DNA from: Propionibacteriaceae bacterium
GTDB taxonomy: Bacteria > Actinomycetota > Actinomycetes > Propionibacteriales > Propionibacteriaceae
Length of the DNA: 40,421 nucleotides
Assembly: GCA_031286045.1 (NCBI GenBank)
Contig: JAITVA010000254.1
Span: 1 to 40,421 of the forward strand
Direction of reading: 5' to 3'
In this document: piece after piece, positions 30,201-36,569 of the stretch
Numbering within the stretch: position 1 is the first letter of the stretch
Layout of the letters: every line of letters begins with the position of its first letter
Notes under the pieces: generated by a model
Told to the model about the DNA's origin: nothing
The model's database searches: none
Seen by the model: the letters and a program-made list of their open reading frames with translations, nothing else
Position numbers and translations under genes: made by a program

Positions 30201-31329
30201 GCTTATGGCGCATCGCCAGAATCTGATCGACTTGGGCGTCGAAAGCTGCCGGCTGGATGAAGCCGAGCAAGCCAGCTCCCCAGGCGGCTTCGCCGAGCTG
30301 ATTCTCTGTCGCCGTCAGCGCCTCCTGCGTCTGAGCGGCGGAGGCCATTCCCACAGCCAACATCGGCAAGGCTCCGGCCCGTGCCACCTCTGTCAGGAAC
30401 TGAGGCGTGTCGGAGACCCTAGCCATCGGACCTTGAATGATCGGATAGCGCACACCCAACTCCTGAGCCAGATCGGAGTCAGGATGGAGGGCCGCCTGAA
30501 ACTTAGCTTGTCTCACGTGGCCGTGAGCCGCCTCGGTGATGGCATGGACCAGAGCATCCAGGTGACGATAGGTTCGCTTGTACTCGGCCGCCAGCGTGAA
30601 GTCTTGACCGAGAGGAACAAGGTTGCAGGCCAAGTCGAACCCCGACATCAAAGCCTCAGCCTCGGCCGCAGTGGTGGGGTGGGGCATCGTCGGCCACTTC
30701 GCGACGCGATGGCCACACACCATGGTGGTCTCGGCGCCATTGAGTTTCTCCAAGACAGACTTCAGAGCCTTAGGGGCGCCGCTCGAGCTCAGCAGGGCCA
30801 CCTGTGAGTCAAGATGAACCCCAGCCGCCCCCAATGCGAGATAGGCGGCGGCGGTATGCACCCCGACACCGCCGTGGATGTACAACCTCACCCCGGCGGC
30901 GAGCGCGATGTCACGGACCCGCTGGAAAAGGATGAAGGTGGACTCCTCACCGCCACGCCCAGCGGCGTCATTCCCCTTGACAGCGATGGCCGTGACGCCG
31001 GCTGCGATGGCGGCCAGGGCCTGGCGAAGATCGAAGACCTGCCAGACCCGTTCGATCGAGTCATCCACACCGGTGTCGTCGACGCCCCACTCGAGAAGAA
31101 CTCGGTCAACCTGAGCAGGCAGCTCGACACCTTTGACCGGACCAGCCAAGGCCACCCCGAAGCAGGCGTGAGTCCGACGAGTCACCTCGCGTAGCTGTGC
31201 CGCCGCTAGCGCCGCGTCACGGCCCAGGTGAAGGTAGGGGTACGCTCCGCATCGCAGAGACTCCACCACTAGTCTCCAATCGGGGGCCTCAAAAGGCGTG
31301 ATGATGCACACATCAGCAGTTTTTGACAT
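24220..31329 (-). CDS. Type I PKS/FAS subunit A: tandem NMO-like (FMN enoyl reductase)-KS-AT-ACP-KR
   Basis: ER: YPIIQGPMARVSD and EGRESGGH. KS: DAACASS (Cys849, nt 28783-28785), EAHGTGT, KTQIGH. AT: FLFSGQGSQ, GHSYGE, CAFHT. ACP: LEADLSIDSIKRLEILG. KR: VIVLGGAQGIS and CDYAAAN. My residue count from these motifs closes exactly on 2369 aa. Confidence 0.93.
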   Translation of the reverse strand: MSKTADVCIITPFEAPDWRLVVESLRCGAYPYLHLGRDAALAAAQLREVTRRTHACFGVALAGPVKGVELPAQVDRVLLEWGVDDTGVDDSIERVWQVFDLRQALAAIAAGVTAIAVKGNDAAGRGGEESTFILFQRVRDIALAAGVRLYIHGGVGVHTAAAYLALGAAGVHLDSQVALLSSSGAPKALKSVLEKLNGAETTMVCGHRVAKWPTMPHPTTAAEAEALMSGFDLACNLVPLGQDFTLAAEYKRTYRHLDALVHAITEAAHGHVRQAKFQAALHPDSDLAQELGVRYPIIQGPMARVSDTPQFLTEVARAGALPMLAVGMASAAQTQEALTATENQLGEAAWGAGLLGFIQPAAFDAQVDQILAMRHKPTAVVIAGGRPAQGKRFDKAGIKAFLHVPSATLLDDNIAAGARRFIFEGRESGGHVGPLYSTVLWEKQLIHLLATDDPAGLTAIFAGGIHDELSSAFVSIMAASLAAFGAKVGVIMGTAYLLTRQAVESGAITSLFQELATAADRTVLLESAPGQETRALPTPFIDFFQEEKARILGMDMDSLARRVALEELNLGRARVATKALGRGDGQMELTRLTPDEQRQQGLYMAGDVAALTDHVSQMVELHEAVTTGATDLIERLAVVEPADFERGWLDRADGDQGASPEPIAIIGMAGLFPDANNVDEYWRNILSGHDSIVEVPAQRWDPALFYRKGTTDTDFVVSQWGGFLSPAEFDPLEFGIAPATVSSVEPAQLLSLLVAKRALQDAGYADQIKRGLPDTSVIIGTEAMGELSSAYGSRTGLRTLFGEIPDELATALPKVDEDSFAGILSNVTSGRIANRFNCGGRNFTVDAACASSLAAVDVACQELWSGQSDMVICGGADLHNSILDYVMFSATHALSPRGYCATFDESGDGLALGEGVGIVILKRLSDAERDGDRVYAVIRGVQGSSDGRSLGLTAPNMRGQMTAIERAYRMAGVLPSQVGLIEAHGTGTAVGDSTELKALSRVMIGGGALPGQTFVGSVKTQIGHTKCAAGVAGLIRAALAVRHGVIPPTLHLNKPVKAYQESRSPFRFNANGHATVWTEKRRIAGVSGFGFGGTNFHAIVENYTPSESTSADTPSATSWARELFLVRGDTREEACEQLRQVRELAQVSHTIALKDVAYTLAKASDKPIQIAIVSGSWSKLLTKITVALDGAQAPGVYYRDPVAGKVGFLFSGQGSQRVGMARDLFVMFPGLRHELERHPELERVGLPGAAFSDEAKQAQRAAVTDTRNAQPLLGVVDSAIAKLLTWFGVTPDAVAGHSYGELPALVYAGVIDPSDLVDLSKARARTILASAGADPGAMAVVVQPAEETEELLRGRDDLWAVNYNSPTQVGVGGATAAVEALVAQCRDKGVKAKRIDVACAFHTPLLTTAEAGFAQVLADVDLGTPQMPVWSNTTAAVYPSDPAKIRQRLAEHLVKPVRFSDELRAMYDDGIRVFIEAGPGKTLTGLASATLGADVVTIATELSGADGMRTFLRALARWVASGRDIEVDNLFHGRHAVALDLSDPGAYAASSTVWMVDGQQAVPIKRWREQGEHHLDPAAHVFPSHQKETMLGDKPMAPQPETTGSNMPVNVTVPQPLSGREQLVYTYLLNMRAMLDDQRDILLTGMGLGQPGGPASSPAEQWGYAPMAPMAYPAPPVTMAPMGAMPVTTPVAVPGPVSVAMSVETQTPAAIVAQAPVPTLVAEPTALSTPSPLDSTMTEPTQERVVSSSLLPKVQDLSADQLKDIILEVVAEKTGYPPEMLGMDMDLEADLSIDSIKRLEILGALSNKIDMPESEADDADAASGLEQLAAIKTLRGMVDWLQQLAQDIADSDGAEPAPVASSSPADEGAGDASPKAREGVGDDAHLIPAATVPITRLVWQRQSYPFSGPTRSLLGRRFAITAGRFAAAVSRKLAEAGATSVVIEAGDQPHDIDGLIFIRTATDPWSMHELFDLVKSVDLTVCGQVVVFDDTASSDDSAVNITTLQGFPGFIKTMRLEYPQVTWKSITGEALFVEPEFSDMVLAEMATEARYPEVVYDGDRRLRDVPVVQGTQGSRRPLGDLNRDSVVIVLGGAQGISPALMAQVASVQPCHYVLVGRTARDADLAQRYADLADASQVQRHLIEVEHMTDPRAVKQRVAAIMKAKSIEEALLQIGASGADVGYVGLDIHDTVALHRLVDQLRRRFGHVDAVFHAAAVLEDKLFQDKTWESFERVYTTKTDPLAVIANMVGELKLLVLFSSMSSAFGNRGQCDYAAANSVFDQTARLLERQGRAVKAVAIAWGPWGGAGMVSPALAEQMGKRGLSLMPLAEGAEFFVDELMTGEDCSVMALAGQERDIQGFIDAVLTAEND
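24310..25662 (-). other. PKS-A ketoreductase (structural plus catalytic subdomains)
   Basis: aa ~1890-2340. Rossmann GGAQGIS and catalytic Tyr in CDYAAAN. Confidence 0.8.
25810..26082 (-). other. PKS-A single in-cis ACP domain
   Basis: aa ~1750-1840. DSIKRLE with Ser1795 at nt 25945-25947. Preceded by a ~150-aa Pro/Ala/Met-rich linker. Confidence 0.85.
26830..27717 (-). other. PKS-A acyltransferase domain (malonyl-type motifs)
   Basis: aa ~1205-1500. GQGSQ, GHSYGE (Ser1298), AFHT. Confidence 0.85.
28021..29349 (-). other. PKS-A ketosynthase domain
   Basis: aa ~661-1103, from EPIAIIGMAGLFP to GFGGTNFHAIVENY. Confidence 0.9.
29410..31329 (-). other. PKS-A N-terminal tandem nitronate-monooxygenase-like TIM barrels (PfaD/FabK-type ER)
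   Basis: Copy 2 (aa ~290-620) has IIQGPM and SGGH. Copy 1 (aa ~1-215) has ITPF and AAGRGG instead. Confidence 0.7.
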
Positions 31330-31536
31330 CGTTCTTTTCTCAAATCCCTACCGGACTGCTGTCCGACCCTTATCGCTTTGTTGCCCAAAAGCAACCTCAA
31401 CAATATACGGCAAGTGCAAATATTCAAAATTGGATGACGCTTGATCACATAGAAGACTACGAGCGAATACCATTGAGTAAATGAAAAACAACCTCAATGA
31501 TTTCTTATAGGGACACGCTCAACGAGGGTGTGGCGG
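31330..31536 (-). promoter_or_regulatory. AT-rich 207-bp region between the recN stop and the PKS-A start (operon promoter/5' UTR)
   Basis: Markedly lower GC than its flanks, with AT-rich stretches (TATATTG, TTTTGAATATTTGCAC on the minus strand). Small hairpins at CGGAC-AGCA-GTCCG (~31351-31368) and GTTGC-N6-GCAAC (~31378-31395). Confidence 0.5.
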
Positions 31537-33252
31537 TCAGCGAAGAGCGGGCTTGGTCTCATTCGCCATGCGCGTGGCCTGAGCCAACAGGTCACGGGCA
31601 TGGGACAAGGCGGAATCACTGCCGACCAGCCCACCCATCATGCGGGCCAGTTCGGCCACCCGATCCTCGGCGCGAACCTCAGTCAGACCCGACGAGGTCA
31701 CGTCACCGTCACTGGTCTTGGCGACGACATACTGGGTCGCGGCGAAGGCCGCCACCTGGGCCAGGTGAGTGACAGCGATGACCTGCCCATGTCTCGCCAG
31801 TCGCGCCAGGCGCAGACCGACCTGCAGCCCGACCGCCCCACCGATCCCTGCGTCGACCTCGTCGAACACATATGTCTGGTTGAACTGGTCGTCCGCCAGC
31901 ACAACCTCGATGGCCAGTCGCACACGCGACAGTTCGCCACCCGAGGCGACCTTGCCCAAAGCAGCCGGTTCCATGCCCGGATGAGCGGTGAACAACAGCG
32001 TCACCGAGTCTGCTCCCGACGGGCCTCGCTGGGGCAAGGGCGCGACCTCGAACTGGACTGTGGCGTGCGGCATCGCCAGAGCCGCCAGCTCATCGCCCAC
32101 CCGCTTGCCGAAATCAGCCGCCGCCTTTTGACGGGCCGTGGTCAAATCGGTCGCCTGAGCCGTCAAGCTGGCGTCCAAGCGAGCGATCTCAACGCCCAGG
32201 GCTTCGCTGCGGTCTTGCGAGTCAGCGACCTCAGCCACTCGCGCTTCGGCCTCCCGCGCCCACTGCCTGACCTGGTTGACATCTGAGCCATACTTCCGCG
32301 TCAAGCCCTTCAACTGGGCCAAACGCTGCTCGATCCACTCCAGGCGCACCGGATCTGCCACCACATCGGCGACATAGCTGGACAGTTCCCCAGCGAGATC
32401 AGCGGTCAGTGCCGAGACCTCCGTCACGCGATCGCGCAAGTCAGCGGCGGCGCCGTCACGGGCCGCCAAGTGTTCCAGCGCCCTTCGTGCGACCGACAAC
32501 GCCGTCAGGGCTGACGCCGCATCCATGCCGTCGTCTGCCCCGACCAGCGCGGTCAGCGCCTGGTAGGCCGACGCCCGCAACTCGTCCGCGTCCTGGAGCC
32601 GACGAGCCTCATCCGCCAAAAGCTCGTCCTCGTCTTCCAGCGGATCGACTTTGGCGATCTCGGCCAGACCGAAATTCAACATGTCCAGTTCACGGGCCTG
32701 CTCGCGCTGCGACTGGGCCGCCTGCGCCAACTCGGCCGACAGACGGTGATGACGTTCGAAGTCCACCCGGTAGGCCGCCAGTCGATCGGCCATGGCTCGC
32801 CCTGCCGCCCGGTCGAGCACCTCTCGTTGGCGTTCCGGTGTTGACAGGCGGATCTGCTCCGACTGACCATGGATCGTCACCAGATCCTCACCCAAAGATC
32901 GAGCCAGCGCTTGAGTGACGCTCGCTCCGCCGATCCAACTGCGACTGCGCCCATTGGCCCCGATTTGGCGCGTCACCAGCAACTCGCCGTCTTCGATCTG
33001 ACCGCCGGCTGCGTCGACGGCGGCAGCAGACTGTGGCGACACCGTGGCGAACCGTGCCTCGACCACTGCAGTCGCTTGGCCCCGACGCACGATGTGGGCG
33101 TCGCCCCGAGCGCCGGCCACCAGCCCCAGGCCTGACACCACCATGGTCTTGCCCGCCCCGGTCTCACCCGTGACCACGGTCAATCCCGGCCCGAGCGGCA
33201 AGGTCGCCTCAGCGATGACGCCCAGGTTCTTGATGGTGAGTTCGGTCAGCAT
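31537..33252 (-). CDS. recN: DNA repair protein RecN
   Basis: MLTELTIKNLGVIAEATL...GETGAGKTM Walker A, long coiled-coil middle, C-terminal SGGELSRV and FDEVDAGIGG. Confidence 0.95.
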   Translation of the reverse strand: MLTELTIKNLGVIAEATLPLGPGLTVVTGETGAGKTMVVSGLGLVAGARGDAHIVRRGQATAVVEARFATVSPQSAAAVDAAGGQIEDGELLVTRQIGANGRSRSWIGGASVTQALARSLGEDLVTIHGQSEQIRLSTPERQREVLDRAAGRAMADRLAAYRVDFERHHRLSAELAQAAQSQREQARELDMLNFGLAEIAKVDPLEDEDELLADEARRLQDADELRASAYQALTALVGADDGMDAASALTALSVARRALEHLAARDGAAADLRDRVTEVSALTADLAGELSSYVADVVADPVRLEWIEQRLAQLKGLTRKYGSDVNQVRQWAREAEARVAEVADSQDRSEALGVEIARLDASLTAQATDLTTARQKAAADFGKRVGDELAALAMPHATVQFEVAPLPQRGPSGADSVTLLFTAHPGMEPAALGKVASGGELSRVRLAIEVVLADDQFNQTYVFDEVDAGIGGAVGLQVGLRLARLARHGQVIAVTHLAQVAAFAATQYVVAKTSDGDVTSSGLTEVRAEDRVAELARMMGGLVGSDSALSHARDLLAQATRMANETKPALR

Positions 33253-33258
33253 GGCCGC

Positions 33259-34161
33259 CTACCCCTGACCTCGCCAGCCCTCTATGGGCAAAGCGAACTT
33301 CTTCACCAAGCGCGACGTGAAGGGCTGCTCGGAGAGCCTGGCCACGATCAGGTCATGGGAAGACCGTTGGACTGTCAACCGGTCGCCTGGGGACACGTCG
33401 GTCGAGCGCGCCCCATCACAACACACAAAACCGTCGACATCGCCGAGCACATCCAATCTGACTTTGGAGTTCGGCGCCAAGACCATGGATCGTGCGAACA
33501 GGGCGTGCGCCGATAGCGGCACCACCTGGAAAGCCTCCAACTGGGGCCACATCACCGGCCCACCAGCCGAGAAAGCGTAGGCTGTCGAACCAGTCGGCGT
33601 CGACACCAGAATGCCGTCACAGGCCCAACGTGACACCGGCAATCCGTCGATCGAGACCAGGCAATCGACCATCCGCATGCGCGAGGCCTTCTCCAGCGAG
33701 ACCTCGTTGATCGCCACCGAACGCCACACCGGCATATCCTCGCCCGCCCGGAAATGCTCGGCCACGATCGTCATACGTCTTTCCAAAACGAAGTCACCGG
33801 CCACGACCCGGCTGACCAGCTCAGGGATCTGGGACACCTCCAACTCGGCCAGAAACCCAACGTGGCCGAGGTTGACGCCCAGCACGGGAGTGTCGGAATC
33901 GAGGGCTCTCTCTGCTGCCCGCAGAATTGTGCCATCACCGCCGAAGACAACGATCACCTCCGCACTGGGCAAGGATTCGTCGGTGATGTCGGCGAACCTC
34001 GCCTGAGGAACCTGCCGCTGAAACTGGACGCGCGCTTCCGGCACCACCAAGCACTCGAAGCCAGGCGGCAGCTCCTCGATGAAGCGGCAGGCGGCCGTCA
34101 GCGCGGGCACACGCGAGGCGTGCGTCCATACTGCAATACGGCGAGGCAGACCATTTTCCAC
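33259..34161 (-). CDS. nadK: NAD kinase
   Basis: GGDGTILRAA and the NEVSLEK / TPTGSTAYAFSAGGP motifs. Start placed at the GTG at 34161, giving ~300 aa; the ORF track extends to 34260 with non-conserved sequence. The stop is 6 nt before the recN start. Confidence 0.88.
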   Translation of the reverse strand: MENGLPRRIAVWTHASRVPALTAACRFIEELPPGFECLVVPEARVQFQRQVPQARFADITDESLPSAEVIVVFGGDGTILRAAERALDSDTPVLGVNLGHVGFLAELEVSQIPELVSRVVAGDFVLERRMTIVAEHFRAGEDMPVWRSVAINEVSLEKASRMRMVDCLVSIDGLPVSRWACDGILVSTPTGSTAYAFSAGGPVMWPQLEAFQVVPLSAHALFARSMVLAPNSKVRLDVLGDVDGFVCCDGARSTDVSPGDRLTVQRSSHDLIVARLSEQPFTSRLVKKFALPIEGWRGQG

Positions 34162-34322
34162 GTTCCCTACTGTAGTGGGCCGGTCTGACAAGAAGTAACT
34201 TATCCACAGGGTTCGTGTCTTCGCGAAGGGTTGTCCCCAAGGCAGGATAGCGTGACACAATGGTGTCGGCGCCCGCCCGACAGATCCTCACCGCATGAGG
34301 GTGGCGTACTGAAGGAGTTCAC

Positions 34323-34874
34323 ATGACACGTGCCCTGATCATCGTCGATGTGCAGAACGACTTCTGCGAAGGGGGTTCGCTGGCCGTCAGCGGCGGGATC
34401 GCCGTCGCCGGCGCCATCAGCCGTCACCTCGAGCACAGTTCCTACGACCTGGTGGTGGCCACCCGTGACTCACACATCGACCCCGGCTCTCACTTCGCCG
34501 ACACCCCTGACTTCATCGACTCGTGGCCGCCCCACTGCCGAGTCGGAACGTGGGGCCAGGAGCTCTGCCCCAAGCTGTCGATCTCCCATCTAGATTCAGT
34601 GATTGACAAGGGTTTTTACGCCGCATGTTACTCCGGCTTCGAGGGGGTCGACGCCTGGGGACGCTCACTGAACGAGGTCTTGGCCGCCCGCAAGGTCGCC
34701 ACAGTCGACGTCGTCGGCCTGGCCACCGACTACTGCGTCAAGCGCACGGCCTTGGATGCCGCCGCCAACGGCTACCTCACCCGAGTCCTGCTCGACCTGA
34801 CCGCCGCCGTCGACCCAGCAGGGCTCGACACCGTTGGAGCCGAACTGCGTCAAGCCGGGGTCAGCGCGATCTGA
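34323..34874 (+). CDS. pncA: Nicotinamidase/pyrazinamidase
   Basis: MTRALIIVDVQNDFCEGGSLAV...SWPPHC...ATDYCV is near-collinear with M. tuberculosis PncA. GGAG lies 6 nt upstream of the ATG. Confidence 0.92.
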   Translation: MTRALIIVDVQNDFCEGGSLAVSGGIAVAGAISRHLEHSSYDLVVATRDSHIDPGSHFADTPDFIDSWPPHCRVGTWGQELCPKLSISHLDSVIDKGFYAACYSGFEGVDAWGRSLNEVLAARKVATVDVVGLATDYCVKRTALDAAANGYLTRVLLDLTAAVDPAGLDTVGAELRQAGVSAI

Positions 34875-34922
34875 ACCGTCCCCAACCGCCACCGCTCGAT
34901 CACCGCGACGGCCACCGGTTCC

Positions 34923-35651
34923 TCAGGAAAGACTGCGACGGAACAAGCAGAAGACCTCGCGATTTCCCTTCTCCCCCGGCACTGCTGACTCGTGCGACCA
35001 CTCCAGTTCCCAGCCCAAATCGGACGCGTAGGCGACCACGTCAGACACCGCTTGGGCGCGATCAGAGTCAGCCACAACCACACCATGCTTGTCCAGTCTC
35101 GCCCGACCGAGCTCGAACTGCGGCTTGACCAAGACCAGGGCCACCCCGTGAGCAGACAGCACAGAGAACAAGGGACCAAGGATCAGCTTGAGGGAGATGA
35201 ACGAGACATCAGCCACCACCAGATCGACCGGGCGGTCGTCGACATGGGCCAGAGTCAGGTCACGCAGGTTGAGCCCCTCCTCGACCACGACCCGCAGGTC
35301 AGCGCGCAGTTCCGGCGCCAACTGACCGTGGCCGACGTCAACGGCGTACACCACCTGCGCGCCGCGACTCAAGACCACCTGAGTGAACCCACCCGTGGAC
35401 GCCCCAGCGTCGAGCACGCGTGTTGGCACCACCACTCCCGAACGGTCCAGCGCGTCGAGCAACTTGTGCGCCGCTCGCGAAACATAAGGATCAGACTCGA
35501 CCTCCAGTCGGTCGTCAGGCCGAATCAGTGTCGCGGGCTTGGGGTTGCCGACCCCATCGAGGCGGACACGTCCGCCGTCGATCAGCTGTCGGGCCTGAGC
35601 CCGTGACCGCGCCAGACCACGTGCGACCAAGGCCACATCCAGCCGCATCAT
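34923..35651 (-). CDS. tlyA: TlyA-family rRNA 2'-O-methyltransferase (hemolysin A-like)
   Basis: S4-like N-terminus MRLDVALVARGLARSRAQARQLIDGGRV and FtsJ-type SAM motif LDAGASTGGFTQV. Confidence 0.9.
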   Translation of the reverse strand: MMRLDVALVARGLARSRAQARQLIDGGRVRLDGVGNPKPATLIRPDDRLEVESDPYVSRAAHKLLDALDRSGVVVPTRVLDAGASTGGFTQVVLSRGAQVVYAVDVGHGQLAPELRADLRVVVEEGLNLRDLTLAHVDDRPVDLVVADVSFISLKLILGPLFSVLSAHGVALVLVKPQFELGRARLDKHGVVVADSDRAQAVSDVVAYASDLGWELEWSHESAVPGEKGNREVFCLFRRSLS

Positions 35652-35818
35652 CCCTGGGCCGACGAGGTGCTCAGAAACTGTTGCAGCGCCTCCTGAGCCT
35701 GGCGGTACACCGCCGCATGGTCACTCAGCGGCTTTGTCGTGAGTTGAGCGACTTGGCGCAGCGCCTGGTCAAGCGCGTCGTCTTCAGTGACCGGCGGTTC
35801 ATCCAGTTCTGCAGTCAT
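35648..35818 (-). CDS. Small ORF (56 aa, below the ORF-track cutoff) translationally coupled to tlyA
   Basis: Translation: MTAELDEPPVTEDDALDQALRQVAQLTTKPLSDHAAVYRQAQEALQQFLSTSSAQG. Its TGA (35648-35650) overlaps the tlyA ATG (35649-35651). TATACT lies 7 nt upstream of its ATG, suggesting a leaderless transcript. Its position matches the small ORF upstream of tlyA in mycobacteria. Confidence 0.5.
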   Translation of the reverse strand: MTAELDEPPVTEDDALDQALRQVAQLTTKPLSDHAAVYRQAQEALQQFLSTSSAQG

Positions 35819-35979
35819 GATCACGAGTATAAGAGGTTCCGCCGATAGGTGCGCGGGTCAGGGTGTGGGTTCAGGAGTCGTGGCGGCAAGGACGACGAGG
35901 CAGGCGGGCCGGACACCCGTCGACCGAGGAGAAGGCAGTCCGCCATCCATCCGATCATGGACCGAGACGCGCCTGCTAT

Positions 35980-35992
35980 TGAACATCGTTCA
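35980..35992. promoter_or_regulatory. BioQ-type operator TGAAC-ATC-GTTCA upstream of the TetR gene
   Basis: Perfect 13-bp palindrome, 10 nt upstream of the candidate -10 TAGACT, so it overlaps the -35 zone. Confidence 0.7.
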
Positions 35993-36002
35993 TGACTCGG
36001 CC

Positions 36003-36008
36003 TAGACT
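36003..36008 (+). promoter_or_regulatory. Candidate -10 hexamer TAGACT, 6 nt before the GTG start of the TetR gene (leaderless mRNA)
   Basis: TAnnnT hexamer; the spacing puts the transcription start at or next to the start codon. Confidence 0.4.
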
Positions 36009-36014
36009 GGAGCA

Positions 36015-36569
36015 GTGAATCTCAATCGCCACACGATCGTGACCTGCGCGCTGACCATCCTCGACACCTACGGTCTGCCCGACGTCACGATGCGACGGAT
36101 CGCCTCAGCCCTGAGCGTCCAACCCAGCGCCCTGTACTGGCACTTCGCCTCAAAACAGGAGCTGCTCGCCGCCGTCGCCGAAGAGATCCTGCACGATCTG
36201 CCTCGCCTCAGCAGTGGGGAGTCGACCCGCCTACGTTTGTGGGCAGCGCGTCTCCACGGGGTGCTGCTGCGCCATCGCGACGGAGCGGAGGTCGTCTGGT
36301 CGGTTCTGGCGCTGACCCCCTGGGAAGAGGGGATCGGGCTGACCATCGAGCAAAGACTCGCCGAGTCCGGCCTCACGGCGTCGCTGGCCCACAGCGCCGC
36401 CCAAGGGCTGCTCAATCTCGTGCTCGGCCAGGCTCTCAGCGCCGACCAACGCCGCCAGGCCCAACTGCTCAATGTCACGACGCTGACCGACGCCGACGAC
36501 CCTGCCACCACCCTGGACGACACCGTCGCCATTTTTGTGGCGGGAATCGACCAGGCCCGATCATGCTGA
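36015..36569 (+). CDS. bioQ: TetR-family transcriptional regulator, BioQ-like
   Basis: N-terminal HTH VTMRRIASALSVQPSALYWHFASKQELL. Overlaps bioN by 7 nt. Two TGAAC-N3-GTTCA boxes lie in the locus. GTG start. Confidence 0.75.
   Translation: MNLNRHTIVTCALTILDTYGLPDVTMRRIASALSVQPSALYWHFASKQELLAAVAEEILHDLPRLSSGESTRLRLWAARLHGVLLRHRDGAEVVWSVLALTPWEEGIGLTIEQRLAESGLTASLAHSAAQGLLNLVLGQALSADQRRQAQLLNVTTLTDADDPATTLDDTVAIFVAGIDQARSC

Noticed and set aside
31392-31497. Direct 9-mer repeat CAACCTCAA (31392-31400 and 31489-31497) in the PKS promoter region as a regulator binding site
   Set aside because: A single 9-mer pair in AT-rich DNA, with 97-bp spacing and no palindromic character. It may easily be chance.
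34162-34260. 33-codon N-terminal extension of nadK in the ORF track
   Set aside because: The sequence is non-conserved and would leave only 62 bp for two divergent promoters. The GTG at 34161 gives a protein of typical NadK length. Uncertainty remains.
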